NCBI RefSeq assembly: GCF_009914755.1
Contig: NC_060930.1
Origin: the human T2T-CHM13v2.0 reference genome, Homo sapiens
Length of the DNA stretch: 64,000 bases
Strand: one strand, 5' to 3'
Positions 26,881 through 42,206 of this stretch are shown piece by piece. The notes beneath the pieces were generated by a model. The model saw nothing but the letters and a program-made list of their open reading frames with translations. It was not told where the DNA came from and ran no database searches. The number at the start of each line of letters is the position of its first letter. Position 1 is the stretch's first letter. Position numbers and translations under genes: made by a program.

Positions 26881-27558
26881 CTCTCACATCCTTTATTTTA
26901 GACACTACTCCTATCAGTGCAGCTGTAGAAAGATAGATATCTCATATATTTTAAGAAAACATTTTTTAGATTGATGCAGACTCATTGACCAGGAATTTTT
27001 GTGATATTCTGTCAAAATTACATATTCCATGTTTCCTCATTTTTGTTATAAGTATACCATAAGAGGCTAGATCAGATGTCTAACCTAAAGTCCAATATAC
27101 GACATTTATTAAATTTTGCTGATCAATGGAATTATCACCTTAATAAATCTAGTGCTGAAACCTAAAAACAACTACTTCTTACTTCTTTAGTAATTACTTC
27201 TAGAATTTTGATTGAAATTCGTCATACTTTTGGGCTTGCGGTTGGTATAAAATCTTTTTTTTTAAATAAACTGATACCTTTTCTTTCCTTTTTCAGCGTA
27301 ATTTTTTTTATTTTTTATTATACTTTAAGTTTTAGGGTACATGTGCACAACATGCAGGTTAGTTACATATGTATACATGTGCCATGTTGGTGTGCTGCAC
27401 CCAGTAACTCATCATTTAACATTAGGTATATCTCCTAATGCTATCCCTCCCCCCTCCCCCCACCCCACAACAGGCCCCGGTGTGTGATGTTCCACTTCCT
27501 GTGTCCATGTGTTCTCATTTTTCAATTCCCACCTATGAGTGAGAACATGCAGTGTTTG

Positions 27559-28580
27559 CTGGGGTGAAGTCAAGATGGCCGAACAGCTACAGTCTACAGC
27601 TCCCAGTGTGAGTGACACAGAAGACAGGTGATTTCCACATTTCCAACTGAGGTACCAGGTTCATCTCACTGGGGAGTGTCAGAAACTGGGTGAAGGACAG
27701 TGGGTGCAGCACAAAGAGCATGAGCCGAAGCAGGGTGAGGCATCGCCTCACCCAGGAAGTGCAAGGGGTCAGGTAATTCCCTTTCCTAGTCAAAGAAAGG
27801 GGTGACAGACGGCACCTGGAAAATTGGGTCACTCCCACGCTAATACTGCGCTTTTCCAACGGTCTTAGCAAATGGCACACCAGGAGATTATATCCCGCAC
27901 ATGGCTTGGAGGGTCCTATGCCCACGGAGCCTCACTCATTGCTAGCACAGCAGTCTGAGATCAAACTGCAAGGCAGCTGCGAGGCCGGGGGAGGGGCGCC
28001 CGCCATTGCCAAGGCTTGAGTAGGTAAACGAAGTGGCCAGGAAGCTCGAACTGGATGGAGCCCACTGCAGCTCAAGGAGGCCTGTCTGCTTCTGTAGACT
28101 CCACCTCTGGGGGCAGGGCATAGCCAAACAAAAGGTAGCAGAAACCTCTGCAGACTTAAATGTCCCTGTCTGACAGCTTGGAAGACAGTAGTGGTTCTCC
28201 CAGCATGTAGCTGGAGATCTGAGAACGGACAGACTGCCTCCTCAAGTGGGTCCCTCACCCCCGAGTAGCCTAACTGGGAGGCACCCCCAGTGGGGGGAGA
28301 CTGACACCTCACAAGGCTGGGTACTCCTCTGAGACAAAACTTCCAGAGGAACGATCAGGCAGCAACAGTTGCTGTTCACCAATATCCACTGTTCTGCAGC
28401 CTCTGCTGCTGATACCCAGGCAAACAGGGTCTGGAGTGGACCTCCAACAAACTCCAACAGACCTGCAGCTGAAGGTCCTGACTGTTAGAAGGAAAATTAA
28501 CAAGGAGAAAGGACATCCACACCAAAACCCCATCTGTACATCACCATCATCAAAGACCAAAGGTAGATAAAACCACAAAG
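27559..28580 (+). promoter_or_regulatory. L1PA4 5'UTR (internal sense promoter plus antisense promoter region)
   Basis: YY1 site CAAGATGGCC at 27571-27580; retains the segment at about 28326-28454 that is deleted in younger L1PA3/PA2/HS. Activity unknown. Confidence 0.75.
27932..28006 (-). pseudogene. L1 ORF0 remnant, truncated by a premature stop
   Basis: MAGAPPPASQLPCSLISDCCASNE* matches the ORF0 N-terminus; homology resumes in ORF 27587-27925. Confidence 0.8.
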
Positions 28581-29588
28581 ATGGGGAAAAAACAGAGCAG
28601 AAAAACTGGAAACTAAAAATCAGAGCACCTCTCATCTTCCAAAGGAACACAGCTCCTCACCAGCAATGGAACAAAGCTGGACACAGAATGACTTTGACGA
28701 GTTGAGAGAAGAAGGCTTCAGACGATCAAACTACTCTGAACTAAAGGAGGAAGTTTGAACCCATGGCAAAGAAGTTAAAAACCTTGAAAAAAGATTAGAC
28801 GAATGGCTAACTAGAATAATCAATGCAGAAAAGTCTTTAAAGGACCTGATGGAGCTGAAAACCAAGGCGTGAGAACCATGTGACGAATGCGCAAGCCTCA
28901 GTAACCGATGCGATCAACTGGAAGAAAGGGTGTCAGTGAAGGAAGATGAAATGAATGAAATGAAGCGAGAATAGAAGTTTAGAGAAAAAAGAATAAAAAG
29001 AAACGAACAAAGCCTCCAAGGAATATGGGACTATGTGAAAAGACCAAATCTATGTCTGATTGGTGTACCTGAAAGTGACGGGGAGAATGGAACCAAGTTG
29101 GAAAACACTCTGCAGGATATTATCCAGAACTTCCCCAATCTAGCAAGGCAGGCCAACATTCAAATTCAGGAAATACAGAGAATGCCACAAAGATACTCCT
29201 CGAGAAGAGCAACTCCAAGACACATAATTGTCAGATTCACCAAAGTTGAAATGAAGGAAAAAATGTTAAGGGCAACCAGAGAGAAAGATCAGGTTACCCA
29301 CAAAGGGAAGCCCATCAGACTCACAGCTGATCTCTCGGCAGAAACTCTACAAGCCAGAAGAGAGTGGGGGCCAATATTCAACATTCTTAAAGAAAATAAT
29401 TTTCAACCCAGAATTTCATGTCCAGCCAAACTAAGCTTCATAACTGAAGGAGAAATAAAATATTTTACAAGCAAATGCTGAGAGATTTTGCCATCACCAG
29501 ACCTGCTCTAAAAGAGCTCCTGAAGGAAGCACTAAATATGGAAAGGAACAACCAGTACCAACCACTGCAAAAACATGCCAAATTATAA
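28581..29588 (+). pseudogene. L1 ORF1p pseudogene
   Basis: Starts MGKKQSRKTG; ORF 29035-29481 gives KRPNL.LIGVPE...RHIIVRF...REWGPIF; early frameshift and several stops. Confidence 0.93.
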
Positions 29589-29902
29589 AGACCATTGAGG
29601 CTAGGAAGAAACCGCATCAACTAACGAGCAAAATAGCCAGCTAACATCATAATGACAGGATCAAATTCACACATAACTGATACCTTTTCTATTGAGATAA
29701 AACAAGTATTGGTGTGCTGCCCCACTTATAGGCCACATCTAGGCACTTGTTCATGAAGAAAATCACACTAATAATTGGAGCCTTGCAATTTTCAGTAGTG
29801 AATTGTAAATACTTGACACTCAGGGATTCATATTGTGAAAGCATATTAACCTATAAAGTAAGTTGTATCCAGTGATGGGAAAGACAGATAATGTAAACTT
29901 GT

Positions 29903-30284
29903 TGATATCGTTTGGTTCTGTGTCCCCACCCAAATCCCATGTCGAATTTTATTCACAATCTTGTGAGAGGGACCTGGTGGGAGGTGATTGGATCGTGGGT
30001 GCAGATTTCCCCTTGCTGTTCTTGTGATAGTGTGTGAGTTCTCACAAGATCTGGTTGTTTACAAGTGTATAGCACATCACCCTTCACTCTCCGTCTTCTT
30101 CTCTACCATAGTAAGACACGCTTGTTTCCCCTTTGCCTTCTGCCATGACTGTAAGTTTCCTGAGGCTTCCCCAGTCATGCCTCCTATACAGCCTGAAGAA
30201 CTGTAAGTCAATTAAACCTTTTTCCTTTATAAACTATCCAGTCTCAGGTAGTTCTTTATAGCAATGTGGGAATGGGATAATATA
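29903..30284 (+). mobile_element. THE1D solo LTR
   Basis: tgatatcgtttggttctgtgtccccacccaaatc...gtaagtttcctgaggc...caattaaacc...aggtagttctttatagca. Confidence 0.9.
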
Positions 30285-30634
30285 GGAGTCAGAGGAAAGA
30301 TGATGTTGCTATTATATAAAGCCTTCCTTAGACAACTCTTCTTGTGGGGTTTAATTGAAAAGCATCTGGACACTAGAGAGATGAATACTTGAATAGGCAG
30401 TGCCCCAGGTTTAATGCTATTGATATTTGTAGTAAGCCCTAAAAATTAAGGTACAAATGCCAGACTCAAGTTAGACAATCTATTTAAAGGATGTTCATTT
30501 TAGGAATATTTTGTGTATATAATGGTTTCAGGATAAAGGGCCTCTGTGGAACTTCAGAATTAGTCTTCAGGTATAGCATCCCAGATCTGTCCAGCATGAT
30601 AAATTCTGTCATAAGTGATATAAAAATTAAGGGA

Positions 30635-31030
30635 TTATGTCAGTATATGTAGACTAGCTATAAGTACTTGATATAGAGTCTGACTTCTATTCCTACATAT
30701 CCTTCTTACTTTCTAAAAGTAAGTTCTTGCACAAATCACTCAATTTTTCAGAGCCTTAGTTTTACTATGTGTTAAATGGGAATATCTGCTTTCTCTGCCT
30801 TTCCAGTTGTTTCGTGTTGTTTTGTTTTGTTTTGTTTTGAGATGAGGTCTTGCTCTGTTACCCATGCTAGAATGCAGTTGTGTGAACATAGTCCATTGCA
30901 TCCCTAAACTCTTTGACTCAAGAGATTCTCCCATGAGGATCATGCCTACTGAGTAGCTGGGACTACTGGCATGAGCCATTGAACTTAGCTCTCCCCAGGC
31001 TTTAATAAGGATCAGTTGAAAGCATTTTGC
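30635..31030 (+). mobile_element. MIR interrupted by an Alu monomer
   Basis: acaaatcactcaatttttcagagccttagttttactatgtgttaaatgggaata core; resumes after 30990. Confidence 0.6.
30807..30990 (-). mobile_element. Old Alu right monomer (FRAM/AluJ-like)
   Basis: (TTTTG)n tail followed by gagatgaggtcttgctctgttaccca...gagtagctgggactac. Confidence 0.85.
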
Positions 31031-31946
31031 TCAACAAATGTGACCATTGATGCTTATTGTTAAGGTCCATCAGAAATAGAAAGGATCTAAAATTCCTAGT
31101 ATAGCAACAAAAGAGTAAATTAAAAAATGTTAAAAATTGCTCTGATTGAAAAGACCATTACAACTAATTCTTTGGTGAATCTGTTTATTATGATGGTCCT
31201 CTCAAGTGATATTTTATGAGGCTGCTGAGCGTTTTTGGCTGCAACATCTTAGCGAAAACAAAAGGCATTATGTACACTTAAGCCATGCAATTAGCATTGT
31301 CTTGAATCAGTATCTCGTGTTTAAAATTGTCTCTATTTCCAATTAGAAATTTTTCAAGCAGGAGATAAAAGAAACTTAAGGAATTTTGTACATTTTAGTT
31401 TTACATATAATTTTTGTTTTATATCCCTTAAAAATTTACATTTGTAAATAAAATATGCTTTAACTAGTACTTTCTGAAATTCTCTTGATAGCATTCAACA
31501 GTGATGAGTTTCTCATCATACATAATAAATGTGAAAAAGCAACAAAAGTGAACTTCTGATTACCCAATATTCTAGGTGCTCCTTCAGAATATACACTTAG
31601 TCTTTTCCAAGAAAAAGATTGGAGAGAGATGTTCTGTTGTGATACAAAGATTAAAGGTAAATTTTATTCAGAGATGGTAACTAATTTAATGTCTATTACT
31701 TTAAGGAACGAAACAGTTATAATTAGTGAAAAATCAAAAAAGATCCTGTCTTTGGATTAGAACAGATGGTGTTAAAATGTGAAAAAAAGTGTAAATCAAT
31801 AAAAATCACATGCACATTTCTAGAGAAAGCTATTTTATATTTTGATATAAAAATGGGTTATGGATAACTTTTATATTTTAATATAAGCAAATGGCATTAG
31901 GGGACACTTTGGAAAATGTATAGTATCCGTTTAAAAATGTGTTTTT

Positions 31947-32070
31947 GTCTGTTTGTTTGTTTTGAGACGGGAGTCTCACTCTCTCACCCAGGCTGGAGTG
32001 CAGTGGTGTGATATCAGCTCACTGCAACCTCTGCCTCCTGGGTTCAAACAATTCTCTGCCTCAGCCTTCC
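31947..32070 (-). mobile_element. 5'-truncated Alu (right-arm 3' part)
   Basis: TSD aaaaatgtgttttt (31933-31946) / aaaaatatgttttt (32071-32084). Confidence 0.92.
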
Positions 32071-33791
32071 AAAAATATGTTTTTATAGCAGCAAGAGTCC
32101 AGACAACTTTATAGTTTTTAATGATTACTATTATTTTTCATCAACTAAATTACATGTCTTTATGGACAGTTCATTAAGTTTTCACTTATTTTCAGACTTT
32201 GCTCTGGGAATTCTCATATTATTCAATAGTGTATTTTGCTGAACTAATTTGTTTCCTGTCAGTTTTTTGAAAGTTGGCAAAAAATAATATGCACAAACTC
32301 AGAAAATGAAAGTAAATTATCTTTCGGAAGTAGAGGTTTAAAATTTGGAATCCAGCTGATTATTTTCCTGTGCTTTGATACTGGGGAAGACCTGTGCTTT
32401 AGCTTTATGGAGCTTTTTTTATTTGGCATGGTAGAATCTTAATAATTTCTAATTTTATTTGAAACTTTTATAAAAGAGAGAGAAAAAAACAATTCAGATA
32501 ATTTGTAGAAGCTCACAAAGTTTTGGGTGTTTTGAATTTTTTCTCCATTCCTTTTCTGAAACAATCATAGAAATCTAGAAATAGAAGGAAACTGCGATGT
32601 CAGTTAATAAGACCTCCCACCCTCATCCTCCATTTGAAGAAGAAGAAACAAAGGTTAATTGCCCGTAGGTCGACAAAATTACCTAGGTCTCCTCATTCTT
32701 ACTCAAATACCGGTCCTGGGTTAAAAATGCCATGGGCTGATGAAAGAAGGAACAGCCATTACTGTTGGTCCAGGCCCCAGTGAGCATCTGGAGGCACCCT
32801 GGAGGCTGGCAAATGCCTGCTAAAAAAGTGAATCAAAAAACAAGATATGGAAGAGAAGGACGGCACTGAGGTAAAGGACTGTTTTTTTCTCTGTCAGCCG
32901 ACTCTTTCACTCTAGTCAGTGTCAAACAGATGGTGGCTACTTTAACTATTTTGTCTATTCTTGTGTTATATTTAATACACCTCTTTTTGTTTATCTTGGT
33001 ATTATAGTGCCGTCTGGGTGAATGTAGATCTCATTATTTTAAGCCAGAAGAAAAAAAGTGGCTGATTTATGTATGTTATTTTAGTACAGTGTGATTATAA
33101 TAGTGTTTCCATCTGGAAGGTCCTACTCATCTTTCGGACCTGTCTCTCATATACTGAGCTAGGAATGAAGACTAGAACAGCCTTACTAGAAGATAATTTG
33201 ACAATAGAATTCCAAAGATTAGTATGAGTGTAGACATTTAGACTGTATCCCTTGACCCACATAGAATCCCTTGACCCACACTTATATTTAGCCTAAAGAA
33301 GGAATTGTGGGTGCTCTTCATAATATTGTTTATATAGAAATATTTAGAGAAAATATAAATAACAAGGGATTGAATATTATACATTATTATATACTCATCA
33401 AATGATCATGTAAAAATAAAATGCTGACATTAAAAGATATTATTAAGATTTTACAAATGAATTATAGGATACAAAATATTTAATGGATATACTATCTGAA
33501 AGAGCATATGTTAAAAACAGTTGTGTCTTGATGTCTAGGTGGGAGAAAGTACAGGTAATTTTTATTTTTCCATCAGAATCTTTAAACATTTCATGATAAG
33601 CCTGTATCACTTGTATAACAGCAAAAATGCTATTACAAAGTCAGTCAAAATTCATGACAGATTAAAATAAAATAGTACCAAAACATAATTTCAATGAAAA
33701 TTAATTACAATGTAGATATGTGCTACATTACGATAGCTGGCTCCATCAGTCTTCACAGCTTTTAAGAAGCTTCTCTTAACATTGAGTGCTA

Positions 33792-34338
<547 letters not shown>

Positions 34339-34534
34339 TTATTTTTCTGTGCTTGCTAAAAATTAATATGACTCCCACCCTTACCCAATAAGGTATTAAT
34401 AATATTGTCCCTTGATACCTACATCATCTTGTCTCTGATTTATTGGTTCTAATAAATTTATGGCACCAACTAAGGTTTGTTGGTTATCAGTTGGGTATTA
34501 TTTTAGTTGCTCCCAGCTTTCCAGTTATTTGTTA

Positions 34535-34802
34535 TCATTTCATAGCTATGGGATATAAAGCCAGCCAAGTATGTCTGCCTCTTAACCCAGTTACTTTAGT
34601 TCCTGGGCTGAATTCAGTCCCACACATGGATGAAAACAAATTTCATTTGAGTTCTTAACCAGAGGGAAGTGCCTCTTTGGTGGGATCCAGAAGAGTTCTA
34701 AATAGCAAAATCGTGTTATGAGTGAAGTTTTTGAATGTCCAACAAGTTTGGCAGGATTTCACCTCTCAGTCCCCCATGAGGGTGCTTGTAAGTATAAGGT
34801 AG
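34535..34802 (+). mobile_element. Ancient tRNA-derived SINE (MamSINE1-like)
   Basis: Degenerate A box (tagctatggg) and B box (gggctgaattca). Blocks aaagccagc, ctgcctct, cacatggatg, aaatttc, ccagagg, ctctcagtcccc and gtaagtataag are colinear with the consensus as I recall it. Confidence 0.6.
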
Positions 34803-35421
34803 GATCTTATGCAAGAGTCTTAAGTTTATTAGTCATATTTACTTACCTTATAAAACCAAAATTATGTCTCTCAATTGTTTTGAAGACAGCTGCAGCTAGC
34901 ATATCTATCCCTTTGGGAACTCTCAGACTTGGCTTCTATATTCTCAACTTTTTGGAACAGTTTAGATCCTGGCTACCACATTGCAATACTGCAGCAAACA
35001 AATTATTCAGAGCATATTATTATTATGATTCACCACAGAGAGGGAACTTCAGATACAGGAAATTTCCAATGTTGTAGGGAATGGAAAACCTTGAAACAGT
35101 GTTATAACTATGGGAAGCAAAAATTTAGAATAGAGAGCTGGGTTTGAGGCTCTGATCAGTTTCTGACTGGGAAAGTTGATTCTTAGAGGGGGACAGAATA
35201 GATGGATCTAAGAATATAAACAGGAAACTTAACTTGTATCTGGATTTAGAGTCTGGTTTCGTTTTACCACCAGGAAACAAATACCACTTTTATAGTTAAT
35301 ATATGTGTCAGGAATGTCCTATATTTACAGTTTAAGGATTACAAATTAGTATTTCCTACTTTCATCTTGAACATCATTGTAATATTTATTCTCTTTTGAA
35401 GTTGGATATGTTAGTTTAGGA

Positions 35422-35626
35422 CAGGGAACAGTAAACTTTTCTGTGAAGGGCCAGGGAGTAAATATTTTGGGGTCATAAAGTTTTTGTTGTAACTACTCAA
35501 CTCTGTCATTGTGGCTTAAGAGGAACCAGAAATAATATGAAAATAAATGGACTGTGTTCCTTGGTTTTTATTTCCAGAAACAGGAGGTAAGCAGATTTGG
35601 CCTGCAGGCTGAAGTTTACACTCCTG
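35422..35626 (+). mobile_element. MER58A (hAT-Charlie)
   Basis: cagggaacagtaaacttttctgtgaagggccag...aactactcaactctgtcattgt...gatttggcctgcaggct; degenerate 8-bp TSD gtttagga / gcttaggg. Confidence 0.85.
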
Positions 35627-37247
35627 GCTTAGGGTCATTTTTAGCTGAGGCAAAAAGATCAGTGATCAATTTTAGATTTTAAATCTTTGTTGTATTTTTT
35701 AAAACATTCTAAACTCTTAGGATTATACTTTGTATGACTTTGAATCTTGTATTTTACATGTGCAACAGATTTTTTAAAGTAGCCAAATTTTAAAATGTTC
35801 TTGAGGTGTCCTAAAACTCAAGTCCAGTTTTGCTTTATATACAAGTAATTTGACAGACGGTTGACTTAGTAATATGTCTCTATATTCTGTGAATAGCCAA
35901 TGATAACCTTCTTTTCCCATGAAATACCTAAATATCTTTATGAATTTTATTTGTTTTCACGTCAAACCTGAGTTTCACATAGGAAGCTGTCGCTTAAGGT
36001 GGCTATTGAGCATGTTCACACAATTTTGCAAATTATTGATAAGGTCTAGTGCCCTGAATCGTAATGAGAAAAATTCCTTAACACTAGGCAATTAGGGATT
36101 TTCATAGGCTAAGAGGGATACTAGCCAAATATGGTTGCCTGGGCCTTTAGTAGACTAAAATCTACTCCTAAACCTTTCATTGTTAGGATGATATTATACA
36201 AAATGAGTCAATCCATTTACTTTGTTCTAAAAGACCACATTTGCCATCTTTGATTTTTAGACATTCAAATAGACCAACTAGCTTCCTTGATCTACTCTGA
36301 CTTTCAAATTTTATTTATTTTGCTTTTAATGTTTTACAATTTTGCTTCTCTATCATAACAACATGCATGCTTTATAACCAAATATTATGCTAACAATTGG
36401 TTCTTCAAATTTTCAGTTGATGAAATTACAAGGAAATGTCATAGAATCTCAGAGGTAAAAAGGATTTACAAGATATCTATTTCCTCTTTTCTTTTAATAT
36501 CAGGTTGTGGGTGTTGTCCAAGTTTTACATTTTTTTAATACTGTAGACTAGTGGACATTTTGTAATTATGTGACTGCCAGCAAACAATAGGCAGAGAACT
36601 AAGTTATTTAACACTTACTGAATCCTATTGCAAAACAATTTAAAATAAAGGTTGTTTAATGAAAGTAGGTTACCAGCAACAATTGGGTACTCTACTTTCT
36701 GTCATTTTGTATAGTGATAATGGGTTATTTAGAGGTGAAGTAAGCACTCACATTCTAAGTTCATTGAACTGAATCATAGCAGATGGGATTTTTTGTACTA
36801 AACTTAAAGAATGTTGACTGACAGAGGAAAAAAAAAAGAAGAGCCATAATTTTTAAGTTGTGGTTTTTCTGAACTTTATAGTCTTTCATTTATAGTTTAC
36901 TATATTTCATGTGAATGAAAACAAATCAAGACATTGGCCCACCAAGAGACAAAAGAGAGGAGACCATACTCTATGGAGGAAGTGTTGCAAAAGAGTTTCT
37001 TTTCATTCCCCATTTATTAATATTCTGTTTATATGTAGTGACAACCAATAGGGGTGGTTTCATTGTGAGCAATATGAGGGATTACATTATCTATAGATAA
37101 TTTAAAAGTAATAAATAAAAAATAAGTCTACATTTTAAATAATGAACATGTCCTGACAATTCTAAACAATGTCAGTTACTATGATGAAAATATTTCCATT
37201 AATATATTTTTCCCCCCAAATCCCCTTTTTTTTGGTAATGTCTAAAT

Positions 37248-37433
37248 CAGGGAGGGGTTGGTAACTGTAATCTATGGACCAAATCCAGAATATGACTTAA
37301 AAATAATTTGTGGAATTTTTTTTCTCTTGTTAGATAAGTCCTATATAATATCTTCAGTTTTGCTTCTTGGCTCACAAAAAGCCTAAAATACTTACTATCT
37401 GGCTCTTTAAAGAAACAGTTTGCCAACCCTTAC
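37248..37433 (-). mobile_element. MER58 element nested in Arthur1
   Basis: ggctcacaaaaagcctaaaatacttactatctggctctttaaagaaacagtttgccaaccct. Confidence 0.8.
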
Positions 37434-37512
37434 GTTTAATAATTGTTGTGGTTAATGTTTTATTTTTATGTGTTACATATATAGATTTATACACTTAAAA
37501 TAATAATAATAA

Positions 37513-37809
<297 letters not shown>

Positions 37810-38879
37810 AAAATAAGATTTTTTTTGTCATTAATATTTTAATAACATTGTTAATTTGGGAAAAAATAATATAGAATGCCCCCAACATATAAGGACTTGA
37901 CTACTTGCATTGGTTTCCAAAATAAGTTTATAATGGTTCAGAAACATTTGAACTACCTTCATTTACTGCTAGTATGTCCAATCATATAGTACTACATATT
38001 CTTATGTTAAAACATTAGAAGGAAACAATGACATTGATTGTAAATCAAAGAAACAGAACTTCAGTTACTTCAATTCTGACATTCTATGTGACCACAAAAA
38101 TGTTTGCAAATGAACAGTTAGCCTTGAAGAGTGAAAAATAGGCTCCAAAATGGTTCCTCGATGATTCTTGCTGTACAAAAACTATAAAGAATATTAGTCA
38201 TGCAACAATAAAATGTGAAGAAATGGATATTTAAATAGAAAAAAGATACAAATTTTGAAAAATTCCAGGAGAAATGACAGACGGTGTTCTTACATTGCCA
38301 GAAAAAATAAAGAAGACAAAGTCAAATGTAGTCATTGTCAGAAAAAACTGGGTATTTGTTCTAGAAAACTGGATCAAATAATGTCAGGATTTACCGTCAT
38401 TTAGTCTTTTGCTCTGATTTTTGCAGGAGAAAAGTGTTGGAAGTTTTTAATGACATATAACTCAAATTTATGATGAAGTTTCTGGTGAAAATGTTTTGGT
38501 AAATTTATTTCAAGTATGAAGCCATTTGAAAGCTTCCAGAATAAATTCTAAAAAACTAAGGCCTTCAGTAATACTACAAATTCTCAAATTTGGTGTGAAA
38601 CGGGATTTTCATGTTTTTACCCAACTTAACCTAACCTTTAACACTTTTCCTATTTGTGCATCTGTTGCTTCACTGAAACTTTTCAAAATTGGCATCAATA
38701 AAAGAATCTTTTTCTCCAATAATCTCTCAGTAAAGATAGATTGACAAAAATCTGGATATACTGAACATGAATATGTGAGGGAGCTTCATGTTTTATTGAA
38801 CTTGAATGTGTGAGGAAGATTCATATCCATGAAGTCGTCATTAAACACAATATTGTTAGTATTTATTACGGTGACAGAT

Positions 38880-39273
38880 TGCTATGGTTTGAATGTGTCC
38901 CCTTCAAAATACACATGTTCAAACTTAATGGACAATGTAATAGTATTAACAAGTAAGGTCTTTAAGAAATGATGATTAGACCATGAGGTCTCTTCCTTCA
39001 GAATGGGATGAAAGTCCTCATAAAGGAAGCTTCACATAACATTTGAGTTGTTCTTCCCCTTCCATCTCTTCTGCCACAGAAGGACACGATATTTGTTCCC
39101 TACAGAGGATGCAGCTTCAAAATGCCCTCTTGAAAGCAGACAGAGAAGTCCTCACAGATGCTCATACCCTTATGTTGGACTCCCCAGCCTCCAGAATGTG
39201 AAAAAATACAGTTCTTTTCTTTATAAATTAATCAGTGTCAGATATTTTTGTTACAGCAGAAAAAATGAAGACA
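38880..39273 (+). mobile_element. MST (MSTC/D-like) solo LTR
   Basis: TG...CA termini and exact 5-bp TSD cagat (38875-38879 / 39274-39278). Confidence 0.88.
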
Positions 39274-39346
39274 CAGATCAGTGTATAAGATTTCTCCCAT
39301 TTTGTCAAACAAAAAAAACCACATTAATTTAATTAAAACTAGTAAT

Positions 39347-42206
<2,860 letters not shown>

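Larger units (their letters stand above)
27285..29677 (-). mobile_element. Twin-primed L1PA4: 3' end (27285-27558, -) joined to inverted complete 5'UTR + ORF1 + ORF2 start (27559-29677, +)
   Basis: Exact 16-bp TSD aactgataccttttct (27269-27284 / 29675-29690); nearly all of ORF2 is missing. Confidence 0.93.

Noticed and set aside
29985-29995. DUX4 site in the THE1D LTR
   Set aside because: Reads TGATTGGATCG, degraded relative to TGATTRRATTA; not supportable.
33247-33280. 15-bp direct repeat atcccttgacccaca (also a 16-bp tandem duplication at 49515-49546)
   Set aside because: Ordinary slippage duplications with two copies only; not array-like.
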